DNA of 64,000 nt. It comes from Candidatus Curtissbacteria bacterium. GTDB lineage: Bacteria > Patescibacteriota > Microgenomatia > Curtissbacterales > GWA2-41-24. A program made the position numbers and the translations under genes. Shown here piece after piece: positions 55,955-64,000 of this stretch. The first letter of the stretch is position 1, and every line of letters begins with the position of its first letter. The DNA is taken from positions 15,332 through 79,331 of the forward strand of contig JANLHP010000022.1 of assembly GCA_024654445.1 (NCBI GenBank), written 5' to 3'. The notes under the pieces were generated by a model. The model saw nothing but the letters and a program-made list of their open reading frames with translations. It was not told where the DNA came from and did not search any database.

Positions 55955-56670
55955 CTCAAATCTTGGGAGAATTTTTGCCTGAATTGAACAAGTTTTCTCA
56001 TATACTCGATTGAATCGGGAATTAATCTCACCGTCGATTTCTTGTCTGGTCTTTTTATAAACAGGACCGGAATCTCCGTTATTTTCAGATTTGCAACCAG
56101 TGCCCTTGCGCAAATTTCGGTATCAAAAAACCAACCATGGTCGCGAGTTTTTGAAAGAACGGGCAAAATTTTCTTCCTATTAAAAAATTTGTATCCCGCC
56201 TCTGTATCCTTAAACGGAAGGCTGATTATTTTAGAAACTAGTGCGCAGTATGATTTCGACGCCACAACTCTCATTACACTTCCAGAGCTTATTTCGTAAT
56301 AGCGAGTGGCAATCGCCATATCACTCCCATTTTCAATTTCTTCAATAAACAGAGGAATATAACTTGGGGAAATTTCACAGTCAACGTCAATAAAGCCACA
56401 TATAGTCCCATCTGCAGCCTTTATTCCATCGCTAACAGACTTACCTCTGCCTTGATTTTTCTTGTGATATATCGCTTTAAAGTTTTTATCAGACGCGACA
56501 AATTTTTCAATAGACCTTTTTGTTTCGTCGACGCTTTTGTCTTCGACAAAAATAATTTCCCAGTTGATTTTTAACAATTTAAGGACCAAAAAGATTGACT
56601 GGACGCTTTCTTCAAAAGTAGGGCCTTCGTTATAGCAGGCAAGAATTAAAGAGAAGTCAACTTTTACCAT
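55951..56670 (-). CDS. GT2 polyprenyl-phosphate aminosugar transferase-like (ArnC/DPM1-like catalytic domain with no C-terminal TM helices).
   Basis: FSLILACYNEG, FVEDKSVD and IDVDCE motifs of the GT-A fold. Confidence 0.7.
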   Translation of the reverse strand: MVKVDFSLILACYNEGPTFEESVQSIFLVLKLLKINWEIIFVEDKSVDETKRSIEKFVASDKNFKAIYHKKNQGRGKSVSDGIKAADGTICGFIDVDCEISPSYIPLFIEEIENGSDMAIATRYYEISSGSVMRVVASKSYCALVSKIISLPFKDTEAGYKFFNRKKILPVLSKTRDHGWFFDTEICARALVANLKITEIPVLFIKRPDKKSTVRLIPDSIEYMRKLVQFRQKFSQDLR

Positions 56671-56688
56671 ATCAACTGATCTTGTATT

Positions 56689-58089
56689 CTAAGGTAATTC
56701 GGGGCAGTTCTCAAATTCAACAAAACAGTACTTATAATTTTTTTCCCTGAACCAGAAATCTATTGCCTTTCCGGTACCTAAAGAAATGTACTGATCCTGT
56801 GAAGATGCATTATTCGCACCATCAAAAATTAACATAGAACCACTTGGTAAATTTTTGTCTTTTACATTTTTAATCGCTTCTTTTGCGACGATACTTCTTG
56901 CAATAACCCAGCTGTTTTTCATCGCAAGTGTTTGTCCATAAGTTGCAATAATCAAAAATAAAAGAGCAAGAGAAACTAAGTGAGATGACTTCAGTTTTTG
57001 AACAGCAAAGCCGATAATCCCGCTCAACCCAAATGCGCTGATTACCATGTAATGCGCACCCAGGTGACTCGGTATCAAAACAAACGGGAAAAGGCCAACA
57101 ACTGTTATAAAACAAAGAAATATAAATGTTCGTAAGTCGTCTTTGTTTCTAAACCCCCGAATATATATAAGGCAAATCACAAAAAGGTATGAAATAAGAG
57201 CAAGCGAAAAAAGACTCTTCCCTTGGCCTTCAACAAAACCGAGTATCCTTAACAGATAAAATCTAAAAGTGAAAATTGTCCTTTGCGAAATCTCGAGGAC
57301 GTAAACATTCAAAGTATCGGGGGGAGTAAAAAATAAAAGCTTTACTCCCGAAAAGAGAACAGTCAACGCAAAAAGTGCTGATAAAAAAGAAAAGTCACTC
57401 TTTATTCCGAGCGAAAAATTCCGGCTTTTAAGCCGGGGATGAAGCGAATCTTTGAGCGAGGAAGAGAGAACCACGGCCGAAAGAACGTGGGAATCTATCC
57501 TTTTAAGAAAAACAGAAGTCGCGACAAATATTAAAATACCAACAACTATCGCTTCCGTTGCAAGCAATGAAAGAAAATAAAATAAAAATGCCCCAAGCTT
57601 TCTTTTTATAATAAAAAGATAAAGGCTAAGAGAAAAGAACAGAAATCCAATATTCACCGCTCCTCCGGAAATCCAGAATAGGGAAGTGAAGTGCAAGGGG
57701 TGAGTAGCGTAAACAACAGACGCGAAAAAACCAGAAATATTATTTTTGAAAAGTTTTCCAAAAACCAAAAAAACCATAAATGCGCAAAGAGTGTGAATGA
57801 GAAGAATTACTACGTGGTAAGCAGGGTAAAATTTCCCAAAAAGATTACCTGTTATAAGAAAAAACAAGTTATGTATAGGTCGCCAGTGAGTAACTTCTGG
57901 AGGACCGAATACATTTTGTAAATCCACCAAAAAGGAATTTTGAGAAAAATTATTTATTAAAATAAAATCATCTTGAGCGAAGAAATTAAAAAGAGATCTA
58001 AACCATACTACGACAATAACTAAAGTTAAAATCAAAAAAACAACCGAGTTTTTACTCACAGTTTTAATTCTATCATCGAAGAATGGCAA
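56689..58089 (-). CDS. GT-C-fold membrane glycosyltransferase (ArnT/PMT-like).
   Basis: An acidic first-loop motif (FAQDDFIL) and more than 10 TM helices. It sits downstream of the ArnB/ArnC-like genes. Confidence 0.6.
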   Translation of the reverse strand: MPFFDDRIKTVSKNSVVFLILTLVIVVVWFRSLFNFFAQDDFILINNFSQNSFLVDLQNVFGPPEVTHWRPIHNLFFLITGNLFGKFYPAYHVVILLIHTLCAFMVFLVFGKLFKNNISGFFASVVYATHPLHFTSLFWISGGAVNIGFLFFSLSLYLFIIKRKLGAFLFYFLSLLATEAIVVGILIFVATSVFLKRIDSHVLSAVVLSSSLKDSLHPRLKSRNFSLGIKSDFSFLSALFALTVLFSGVKLLFFTPPDTLNVYVLEISQRTIFTFRFYLLRILGFVEGQGKSLFSLALISYLFVICLIYIRGFRNKDDLRTFIFLCFITVVGLFPFVLIPSHLGAHYMVISAFGLSGIIGFAVQKLKSSHLVSLALLFLIIATYGQTLAMKNSWVIARSIVAKEAIKNVKDKNLPSGSMLIFDGANNASSQDQYISLGTGKAIDFWFREKNYKYCFVEFENCPELP

Positions 58090-58123
58090 AAATATGAATT
58101 CTGCCTGATATAATCAAGTTTAA

Positions 58124-59707
58124 GTGAATGGACTCCTTAAACTACTTATCGCGGCTGCTCTTTTAAACTCTTTGTCGTGGATTATTTTAACTCCCGTTTG
58201 GCAATACCCGGATGAACAAGCGCATTTTTCTCAAGTACAGGATATGGCGGAAATTGGATATGTACCAACAAGCCTAAACACGTCCCAAGAAGTTTCCCTC
58301 TCTGAACAAATACTTGAAACCGAAAGAAACAACCTTGGAAACAACAAATTCACGTATCACCCGGAATATAAAATTAATTATGGCAACGGTTGGTATGGCC
58401 CCAGAGAACGGGAGCTTGCGCAATTACAAGAGTCAGAGCGCACAAACTTTGTAAAAAATGAAGCAACTCAAAACCCTCCTTTTTACTACACGCTCGCATC
58501 TATTTTTTATAACATCTTTGACGGTGGCAGTATCCTCAATCGCGTGTACGCGGTAAGGTTTATGTCTGCATTACTTTTTGTCGCAAATATTTATGTCGCG
58601 GCAAAAATTGGAAACATTGTCTTCCCTAAAGAGAAAATTTTAGCTTTCACAATTCCCACGCTTGTTGCTTTCAAGCCAATGCTTGTCCATGCGTCAACCG
58701 GAGTACTTCCCGACACGCTCACGAATCTCCTATTCAGCGCAGTACTGCTCGTTTGTTTAAAGATCATGACAGTTGGATTAAAAACAAAGTTCCTCCTTAT
58801 AGGGATTGTGCTCATAACAGCAGGAGTTTTTACTAGGCAGCAATTTCTTCTCGCAGTTCCAATTTTGGCAATAAGCGCCGCATTTAGCGTTTGGAAAAAG
58901 AAGAAGGTTCTTTCCTTGACAATCGCCTCAATTCTAATTATTGCAATTTGCCTTCTTGAAGCAGGTTACAGGTTTGCGTCAACCCCTTTTATTTCTTATT
59001 TTCGAATCCCGGAATTAAGTCTTATCAAAGTAGAATCTCTCGCAAGCGAATCAATTATCGATTATTTGAAATGGTCAATAAGGCAAACCATAGCTCAAAC
59101 TCTGCCTTGGTATTGGGGAGTCTACAAATGGCTGTCTTTAACAGTGCCGCATTTAAATTATCAAATTATAAATAGAATCATAATAGTCTCAGTCGTAGGA
59201 GTACTTCTAAGGTATTTCTTAGCCTTCCGTAACCGAAAATTTACCCAACAAGACGTATTGTTGACGTTTTTGATTATCGCAAGCCTTGTTTACTTTGCCC
59301 TCTTTTTAGTCTGGGATTACTTTTTCGTTCAAACTCACAATTTCCCATTTGGTTTTCAGGGAAGATATTTTTTTCCGCTCGTAGTTGCACATATAACGAT
59401 TCTATTGCTTGGGCTTATGGAAATTGCCCGATTAATTTTAAAAGACAGGGCGTGGCTTTTGGCACCTTTACTTGTCGCGGCGATGATTATTTTTAATTGG
59501 GTTTCTCTGTTTACCGTTGCTTCCTCATACTACGGCACATCAAATCTTAACCTTTTTATAGATCAGGCCAGTCAGTACAAACCCGAAATCGTAAAGGGTA
59601 ATGCAATCCTTCTTATACTGCTGCTATCAATTGTGTCCCAAATAATCCTCGTTTTAAATTTTTCTAAATTTACTCTCAAGCATCCTAAATGGCAAACAGA
59701 AAGGTAA
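58124..59707 (+). CDS. DUF2142/GT-C-like polytopic membrane protein (GTG start).
   Basis: YPDEQAHF motif near the N-terminus and many TM helices. It is a paralog of 2623..4119. Confidence 0.45.
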   Translation: MNGLLKLLIAAALLNSLSWIILTPVWQYPDEQAHFSQVQDMAEIGYVPTSLNTSQEVSLSEQILETERNNLGNNKFTYHPEYKINYGNGWYGPRERELAQLQESERTNFVKNEATQNPPFYYTLASIFYNIFDGGSILNRVYAVRFMSALLFVANIYVAAKIGNIVFPKEKILAFTIPTLVAFKPMLVHASTGVLPDTLTNLLFSAVLLVCLKIMTVGLKTKFLLIGIVLITAGVFTRQQFLLAVPILAISAAFSVWKKKKVLSLTIASILIIAICLLEAGYRFASTPFISYFRIPELSLIKVESLASESIIDYLKWSIRQTIAQTLPWYWGVYKWLSLTVPHLNYQIINRIIIVSVVGVLLRYFLAFRNRKFTQQDVLLTFLIIASLVYFALFLVWDYFFVQTHNFPFGFQGRYFFPLVVAHITILLLGLMEIARLILKDRAWLLAPLLVAAMIIFNWVSLFTVASSYYGTSNLNLFIDQASQYKPEIVKGNAILLILLLSIVSQIILVLNFSKFTLKHPKWQTER

Positions 59708-60849
59708 CCCTCGACGTTAAAAGAAATTTAGCAGTCATACTGCTTTTAGTTTTCGCAACTGCCCAATTCATTTTAATCCTGCGCCACAAAAATCCATACG
59801 TTTCAGACAGTTATTTTTATAAGCATACATACTATCAACTTAAAGGTTTAAGCTACGACGAGGCCCAAGCAAAAATCATTAGCGAAGTAGACCTGATAGC
59901 AGCGGACGAAATTACCAGAAATTTTTTTCAAAACAAGGAAACTTACGCTAATTCGTATTCATTTTTCCAAAAAAGACCCTTTTACCCTCTTACCGCGTAT
60001 TTGGCAAGCCTATTTAATCTCAACGATTATTTATCTTTTCAAATACCCGTATTTACCGCTTATATCTTAAGCGTTATTCTTGTGTTCCGCCTGTCAAAAG
60101 AAGGACTGGGCTACTTTTTTGCTATCATTTCAACTGCACTTTTTGTTTCTTTCTATCCGTTTCTTGACAGTTCAACTTATTTTTTAACAGACACAATCGG
60201 TTTTGCCTTTTGGTTAAGCCAGATATTCACGATTTACAATTACATCAAAAGTAAAAAGAGCAAATGGCTTATATTCTTCTTTATCTCTCTCTCAATCTCC
60301 CTCTTAAACAGAGAGCAAAGCGTTCTCATGGCGCCACTACTTATGAGCGCTTTAGTCCTTCAAAAACTCCTCTTACTAAAAGGCGCGAGTCAAATTAAAA
60401 AATTGCTCTTTGTTTCCTTCATCCCAATAATCTTATTCATCACTGTCTCCTTTATGTTAAAACTCCCAAATATATACGACACCATCAGCTACACTCAAAA
60501 TAATTACGGCTTGCGTTCAAACAAATTTACAGCGGAAGAAACTTTTAGGTATATGGCAAACGCGATTAAGATATCACATTATGTTTTTATAAGAGACATC
60601 GTCAGTCACCACTGGTGGTTACTCTTGTCCGCGCTGGCAGCAGTTAGTGCTTTGAGGTCTTTGGTAAAAGGGAAAAGAAATAATTTGGACATCCTTATTG
60701 TAAGCTCGGCCCTAGCTTCGTATCTGGCTATTTTTATCTATCCCGTTTTAAGTTACAGATATTTCTTGCCAATAGTTTTCGCTGTTTCATACTTCAGCGT
60801 AAAAATACTCCGAGATTATAATAAGGAAGTTATGTCAAAAAACAAATGA
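59689..60849 (+). CDS. Polytopic membrane protein of unknown function (polymerase, ligase or GT-C-like).
   Basis: Ten or more hydrophobic helices. It lies in an operon with a GT-C and an acetyltransferase. Confidence 0.35.
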   Translation: MANRKVTLDVKRNLAVILLLVFATAQFILILRHKNPYVSDSYFYKHTYYQLKGLSYDEAQAKIISEVDLIAADEITRNFFQNKETYANSYSFFQKRPFYPLTAYLASLFNLNDYLSFQIPVFTAYILSVILVFRLSKEGLGYFFAIISTALFVSFYPFLDSSTYFLTDTIGFAFWLSQIFTIYNYIKSKKSKWLIFFFISLSISLLNREQSVLMAPLLMSALVLQKLLLLKGASQIKKLLFVSFIPIILFITVSFMLKLPNIYDTISYTQNNYGLRSNKFTAEETFRYMANAIKISHYVFIRDIVSHHWWLLLSALAAVSALRSLVKGKRNNLDILIVSSALASYLAIFIYPVLSYRYFLPIVFAVSYFSVKILRDYNKEVMSKNK

Positions 60850-61385
60850 AAGCCAGGGAAGAGCTAGGCACTAAAAAAATTCTAGAGTTTGCGTTTTTTT
60901 CCTTTCTCCAACTGATTTATTGCCTCCTGTTTTTACCGCCTTTAAAAAAGATTTCCCTGGAGCTTTTGGGCGCCCGAATAGGGCAGGGGACAGTCATCAT
61001 GAATGCCAAATTTTTCAACTTGCACCACAATGGACTTAAAGGGTTCAAAACGGGAAGAGATTGTTTTATTGCCGATGATGTCCTTATCGATCTTTACGAC
61101 AACGTAACTCTCGAAGACCAAGTAACTCTGGCACAAAGAGTAACTGTGCTTACACATCTAAATGTGGGGTACAAAGATCATCCGCTTCAAAAGTATTTCC
61201 CGAAAAGATCAGAACCTGTAGTCTTTAAAAACGGTTGTGTAGTTGGCGCAAGTTCAACAATTCTCAGTGGCGTGACAATTGGAGAAAAATCCTTTGTTGC
61301 TGCCGCAAGCCTTGTAACAGAAAATGTGCCACCAAATACATTAGTTGGCGGAGTACCCGCGAAAATAATTAGGAAAATTAAATGA
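60846..61385 (+). CDS. Hexapeptide-repeat (left-handed beta-helix) acetyltransferase, sugar O-acetyltransferase type.
   Basis: Tandem hexapeptide repeats near the C-terminus (GCVVGASSTILSGVTIGEKSFVAAASLV). Confidence 0.8.
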   Translation: MKAREELGTKKILEFAFFSFLQLIYCLLFLPPLKKISLELLGARIGQGTVIMNAKFFNLHHNGLKGFKTGRDCFIADDVLIDLYDNVTLEDQVTLAQRVTVLTHLNVGYKDHPLQKYFPKRSEPVVFKNGCVVGASSTILSGVTIGEKSFVAAASLVTENVPPNTLVGGVPAKIIRKIK

Positions 61386-61945
61386 TGATTCCATTCTATG
61401 AATCATTAAGGCCACTCATCCTGCCTTTAAGTCAGATAGACAGCCTTCTGCCAAAGCAAGGAACAATCGTTGAGCTTGGATGTGGTCAAGCAGTAATTGC
61501 AATCTATCTGGCAAAAAACAAAAAAAGAAAAGTAATTGGAGTCGACCAAGACACTTCGAGGCTTCCAAAAAATTCCACAAAAAATCTAAAGTTTATAAAT
61601 GCCGATATCAGAACTTACAAATTGGAAAAAGCGGACGGGGTAGTAATATCAGATGTCCTTCATCATATCAGTTCAAAAGACCAAGAAAAAATCCTCCAAA
61701 ACATTGCAAATTCTTTAAGAAAGGGCAAGATATTGATTATAAAAGAGATCGACACGGAAGAGAAAGTTAGAAGCAAGTTATCACGTCTCTGGGATTTTAT
61801 CCTTTACCCTAGGGACCACATCGACTACTGGAGCTCGAGCGCCCTTAAGTCTCAGCTTGAGCGGTTAGGCTTCAGGGTTGAAATAAAAAGAACTATAAGA
61901 CCGTTTCCGGCGTCAACCACCCTATTTATTTGTATAAAAATGTAA
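61382..61945 (+). CDS. Class I SAM-dependent methyltransferase.
   Basis: TIVELGCGQAV motif I and the acidic post-I VIGVDQD. Confidence 0.75.
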   Translation: MMIPFYESLRPLILPLSQIDSLLPKQGTIVELGCGQAVIAIYLAKNKKRKVIGVDQDTSRLPKNSTKNLKFINADIRTYKLEKADGVVISDVLHHISSKDQEKILQNIANSLRKGKILIIKEIDTEEKVRSKLSRLWDFILYPRDHIDYWSSSALKSQLERLGFRVEIKRTIRPFPASTTLFICIKM

Positions 61946-61982
61946 TTTTTCCTAATAAATATGTGAGAAACTCATTTTTCAT

Positions 61983-63581
61983 ATGTACAAAAATTTAATC
62001 CGACATTGGCCACTATTGCTGATTGTAATTCTGGCATTTGTCTTAAGAGTTGTAAATCTAGAAAAACTTTTTTACTTCACATACGATGAATCTATACCTG
62101 CCTTCGTCGGAAGGAGACTGATTCTCACAAACCACATACCACTTATCGGGGGAGTAACACCCTTTGGATTCCACCTTGGACCATACTTTTACTGGCTCTT
62201 GGCACTGCTCTTATATATTGGCAAGTTAAATCCAATCGTGTGGGGAATTGCGGGGGCTCTTTTAGGAAGCGCCACAACTTTTATGGCGTATGTTGCGGGA
62301 CAAAAGTTCCTGAACAAAAAAGCCGGCGTAACGGCTGCCGTGTTTTGGGCATTTTCTTTTCTTGCGAATCTGTACGACAGACACTTTTGGGCTTTGTCTT
62401 GGGGTCCAATTATTTCACTGATCGTGTTGTTTTCTCTTCATGGAATAATCAAAGGAAATTCAAGATTTGTTTATCCACTCGCTGTCTCTGTCGCTTTTGG
62501 TATCCACGCCGACCCTTCCAACCTCGTATTTGTATTGCTCGTTGGGCTGGTGTGGGCAATCTACAAGTTGCCAATTACAAGACACACGCTTCTTGCCACG
62601 AGCTTAATTATTTTCTCATTCCTTCCCCTTGTCGCTTTCGACCTTAGACATGATTTTGCAAATACTCGACCTATGATTTCTCATTTCAAAAACTTTTCAA
62701 ACCGGCAGCCAGATCAAAAAACACTTTCACAAAGAGCGACTGACAACGCTATCATATTTCCCGCGGCCTTCGCGAGACTCGTTTATACTCTTGGAGACAA
62801 CGAAGTCTCTAAACAATACTCATACTGTGGAAATTACGTCGCCGAAAAAACAAGAATTATTCCAGTGTATTTGATACTACTGGCATCATCCCTCCTTACC
62901 GGCTTTGCGCTTTGGGGATTCAACCAAAAAACCAAAAACCCCGCCATCTTTATATCAGCCCTTCTTCTCGTAGTTTATTTTCTTGGCATCCAACTTTATG
63001 GAACCCTTGCAAAAGCGGATATTTTTGAACATTACATTTCAGGGACTTTCGCGATTTTTCTTTTAATTTTGGCAAAGGTTGTAAGCAAATTACCAAGAAA
63101 GCTTTGGCTCGTCGTACTGGCAATCTTTGTTGGCGCTAATCTCTACAAGCTGTTAATTGCCACCAACTCGCATGGGCTAACACAAAAGAGAGAGGCAATA
63201 GAATATGTTAATTCCAGAGTAGGGGACGCGCCTTTCTCCCTAGAATCAGTTTCTACGTGCTGGAAATACAATGGCTACAGATACCTGTTTACAGTTTTTG
63301 GCAAAGAACCCGTCAAAAGTTACGTCGACCCAAATTTCGCTTACCTTTATGGAACGACGACAGTTTGGGAAACCCACCCCGGCACGGTAATCGCTTTTGT
63401 TACTCACGACTTTTCTGAGGAGACCGAAGAGTTTTATAAAAGATATGCGCTTTTAAAATCCCACGAGGTGAGTTCGGGAATCTTCGGTAATATAGAAGTT
63501 ATAATGATGGATAACCAGATAAAATGGTTCGATGACATTAACACTAGTGTTAAACCGCCTTCTTTTGAACAACAGCGCTAA
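61983..63581 (+). CDS. GT-C-fold membrane glycosyltransferase (GT39/GT83-like).
   Basis: First-loop YDESIPAFVGRR acidic motif, more than 11 TM helices, and a C-terminal soluble domain. Confidence 0.6.
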   Translation: MYKNLIRHWPLLLIVILAFVLRVVNLEKLFYFTYDESIPAFVGRRLILTNHIPLIGGVTPFGFHLGPYFYWLLALLLYIGKLNPIVWGIAGALLGSATTFMAYVAGQKFLNKKAGVTAAVFWAFSFLANLYDRHFWALSWGPIISLIVLFSLHGIIKGNSRFVYPLAVSVAFGIHADPSNLVFVLLVGLVWAIYKLPITRHTLLATSLIIFSFLPLVAFDLRHDFANTRPMISHFKNFSNRQPDQKTLSQRATDNAIIFPAAFARLVYTLGDNEVSKQYSYCGNYVAEKTRIIPVYLILLASSLLTGFALWGFNQKTKNPAIFISALLLVVYFLGIQLYGTLAKADIFEHYISGTFAIFLLILAKVVSKLPRKLWLVVLAIFVGANLYKLLIATNSHGLTQKREAIEYVNSRVGDAPFSLESVSTCWKYNGYRYLFTVFGKEPVKSYVDPNFAYLYGTTTVWETHPGTVIAFVTHDFSEETEEFYKRYALLKSHEVSSGIFGNIEVIMMDNQIKWFDDINTSVKPPSFEQQR

Positions 63582-63672
63582 GACCGCATGCCACGGCCCT
63601 GAGTAATCGAAGGGGCTCTATATTAGGCCCGCAGTGTTTTGACGAGGACCGCAAGCTTTGCTTATACTCAAC
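63582..63672 (+). repeat. Intergenic repeat element, copy D (forward, shortened), upstream of the Wzx-like gene. Internally it forms a sigma70-like TTGACG-17nt-TTATAC arrangement.
   Basis: ttaggcccg...ttttGACGAGGACCGCAagc core, plus a second degenerate gaccgcatgccacggcc half-copy. Confidence 0.6.
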
Positions 63673-63679
63673 GAAGTAA

Positions 63680-64000
63680 ATGCTGACAAAGTTTAAAAAC
63701 CTTCTTTTCACAAAAACCGGCAAAGATACAGGCATAGTGTTAGCAGGAACAGTAATAAATGTTATCGCCGGAGGTTTATTCTTTGTGATTGCCCCTAGAC
63801 TCCTTGGCCCGGGAGATTTCGGAATATTTTCAACTGTAGTCGGAACTTGCTTGCTCGCAGTTTCAATTTCAAGCTTTGGAATAGACACCGGCATATTAAA
63901 ATTTGCTACCCGAACATCACCGAATGCGCCTTTCATCTTATCCGTTGCTCTGAAATCATATTTAGTTATCGGAGCGACAGTCGCGATCGTCGGGGTGTCT
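63680..64000 (+). CDS. Polysaccharide biosynthesis protein/flippase (Wzx/MOP family), 3'-truncated at the window edge.
   Basis: The N-terminus MLTKFKNLLFTKTGKDTGIVLAGTVINVIAGGLFFVIAPRLLGPGDFGIF is typical of MOP-flippase TM1-TM2. The reading frame is open to the window end. Confidence 0.5.
   Translation, partial: MLTKFKNLLFTKTGKDTGIVLAGTVINVIAGGLFFVIAPRLLGPGDFGIFSTVVGTCLLAVSISSFGIDTGILKFATRTSPNAPFILSVALKSYLVIGATVAIVGVS

Noticed and set aside
61946-61982. Small hairpin tgagaaactca followed by a T-run after the methyltransferase gene.
   Set aside because: The stem is only 4 bp. It is too weak to call a rho-independent terminator.
63550-63936. Minus-strand ORF 63550..63936 (128 aa).
   Set aside because: It overlaps the repeat copy D and is antisense to a plus-strand reading frame that shows a clear Wzx/MOP-flippase N-terminus starting at ATG 63680. 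The plus-strand gene is preferred.
1-64000. CRISPR arrays, tRNA or rRNA genes, integrases, transposases, toxin-antitoxin or defense-system genes.
   Set aside because: I scanned by eye and found no spaced direct-repeat arrays, no cloverleaf-compatible 70-90 nt GC-rich islands, and no recombinase, nuclease or toxin motifs. All long ORFs are accounted for by glycan biosynthesis and export functions.

Overview
The whole 64 kb window is one very large, tightly packed glycan-biosynthesis island. It comes from an AT-rich genome with frequent GTG/TTG starts and many 4-20 nt gene overlaps. Positions 4.1-58.1 kb are almost entirely minus-strand operons; both edges are plus strand. I see no rRNA, tRNA, CRISPR, integrase or transposase. 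From domain-level sequence signatures I can support at least six nucleotide-sugar pathways:

1. A pseudaminic/legionaminic-type nonulosonate pathway: PseB- and PseC-like enzymes, a GNAT-NeuB fusion and a cytidylyltransferase, plus an acetamidino-forming trio (PP-loop amidotransferase with HisH/HisF paralogs).
2. A second NeuB-type pathway with a KdsC-type phosphatase and NeuA-like synthetase (Kdn/Neu5Ac-9-P style), co-operonic with an aldehyde dehydrogenase and an SDR.
3. A CDP-3,6-dideoxyhexose pathway (RfbF, RfbG and an E1-type 3-dehydrase with His replacing the PLP Lys and a CxCx7C Fe-S motif). It is embedded with TPP-dependent C-C bond-forming enzymes (acetolactate-synthase-like and transketolase) and a DmpG/DmpF aldolase-dehydrogenase pair, which suggests a yersiniose-like branched sugar.
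4. A GDP-D-glycero-D-manno-heptose pathway (GmhA, HddA, an HddC-GmhB fusion) with an RmlC-like epimerase, two Fcl-like reductases and two methyltransferases, resembling Campylobacter capsule heptose tailoring.
5. A second branched-sugar module: a Gmd-family dehydratase with pyruvate-dehydrogenase E1 alpha/beta homologs, a split transketolase, a second ALS-like enzyme and an aldo-keto-reductase fused to a ParB/Srx-like domain.
6. An Ara4N-like module: a UDP-GlcA decarboxylase, an ArnB-like transaminase, an ArnC-like GT2 and an ArnT-like GT-C.

Export and transfer functions are a Wzm/Wzt ABC exporter, a partial Wzx-like flippase, seven polytopic GT-C/DUF2142-like membrane glycosyltransferases, and two paralogous HP-motif GT-B-like proteins that may be CMP-ulosonate transferases.

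I also found a roughly 130-140 bp intergenic repeat family with four copies, at about 5.1, 17.5, 35.7 and 63.6 kb. Each copy sits exactly at a boundary between functional modules, and in three of four copies its conserved 3' end faces a downstream gene start (PseB, GmhA, the Wzx-like flippase). The gene-dense, overlap-rich, GT-C-rich architecture is compatible with an uncultivated low-GC lineage such as CPR/Patescibacteria. That is inference only.
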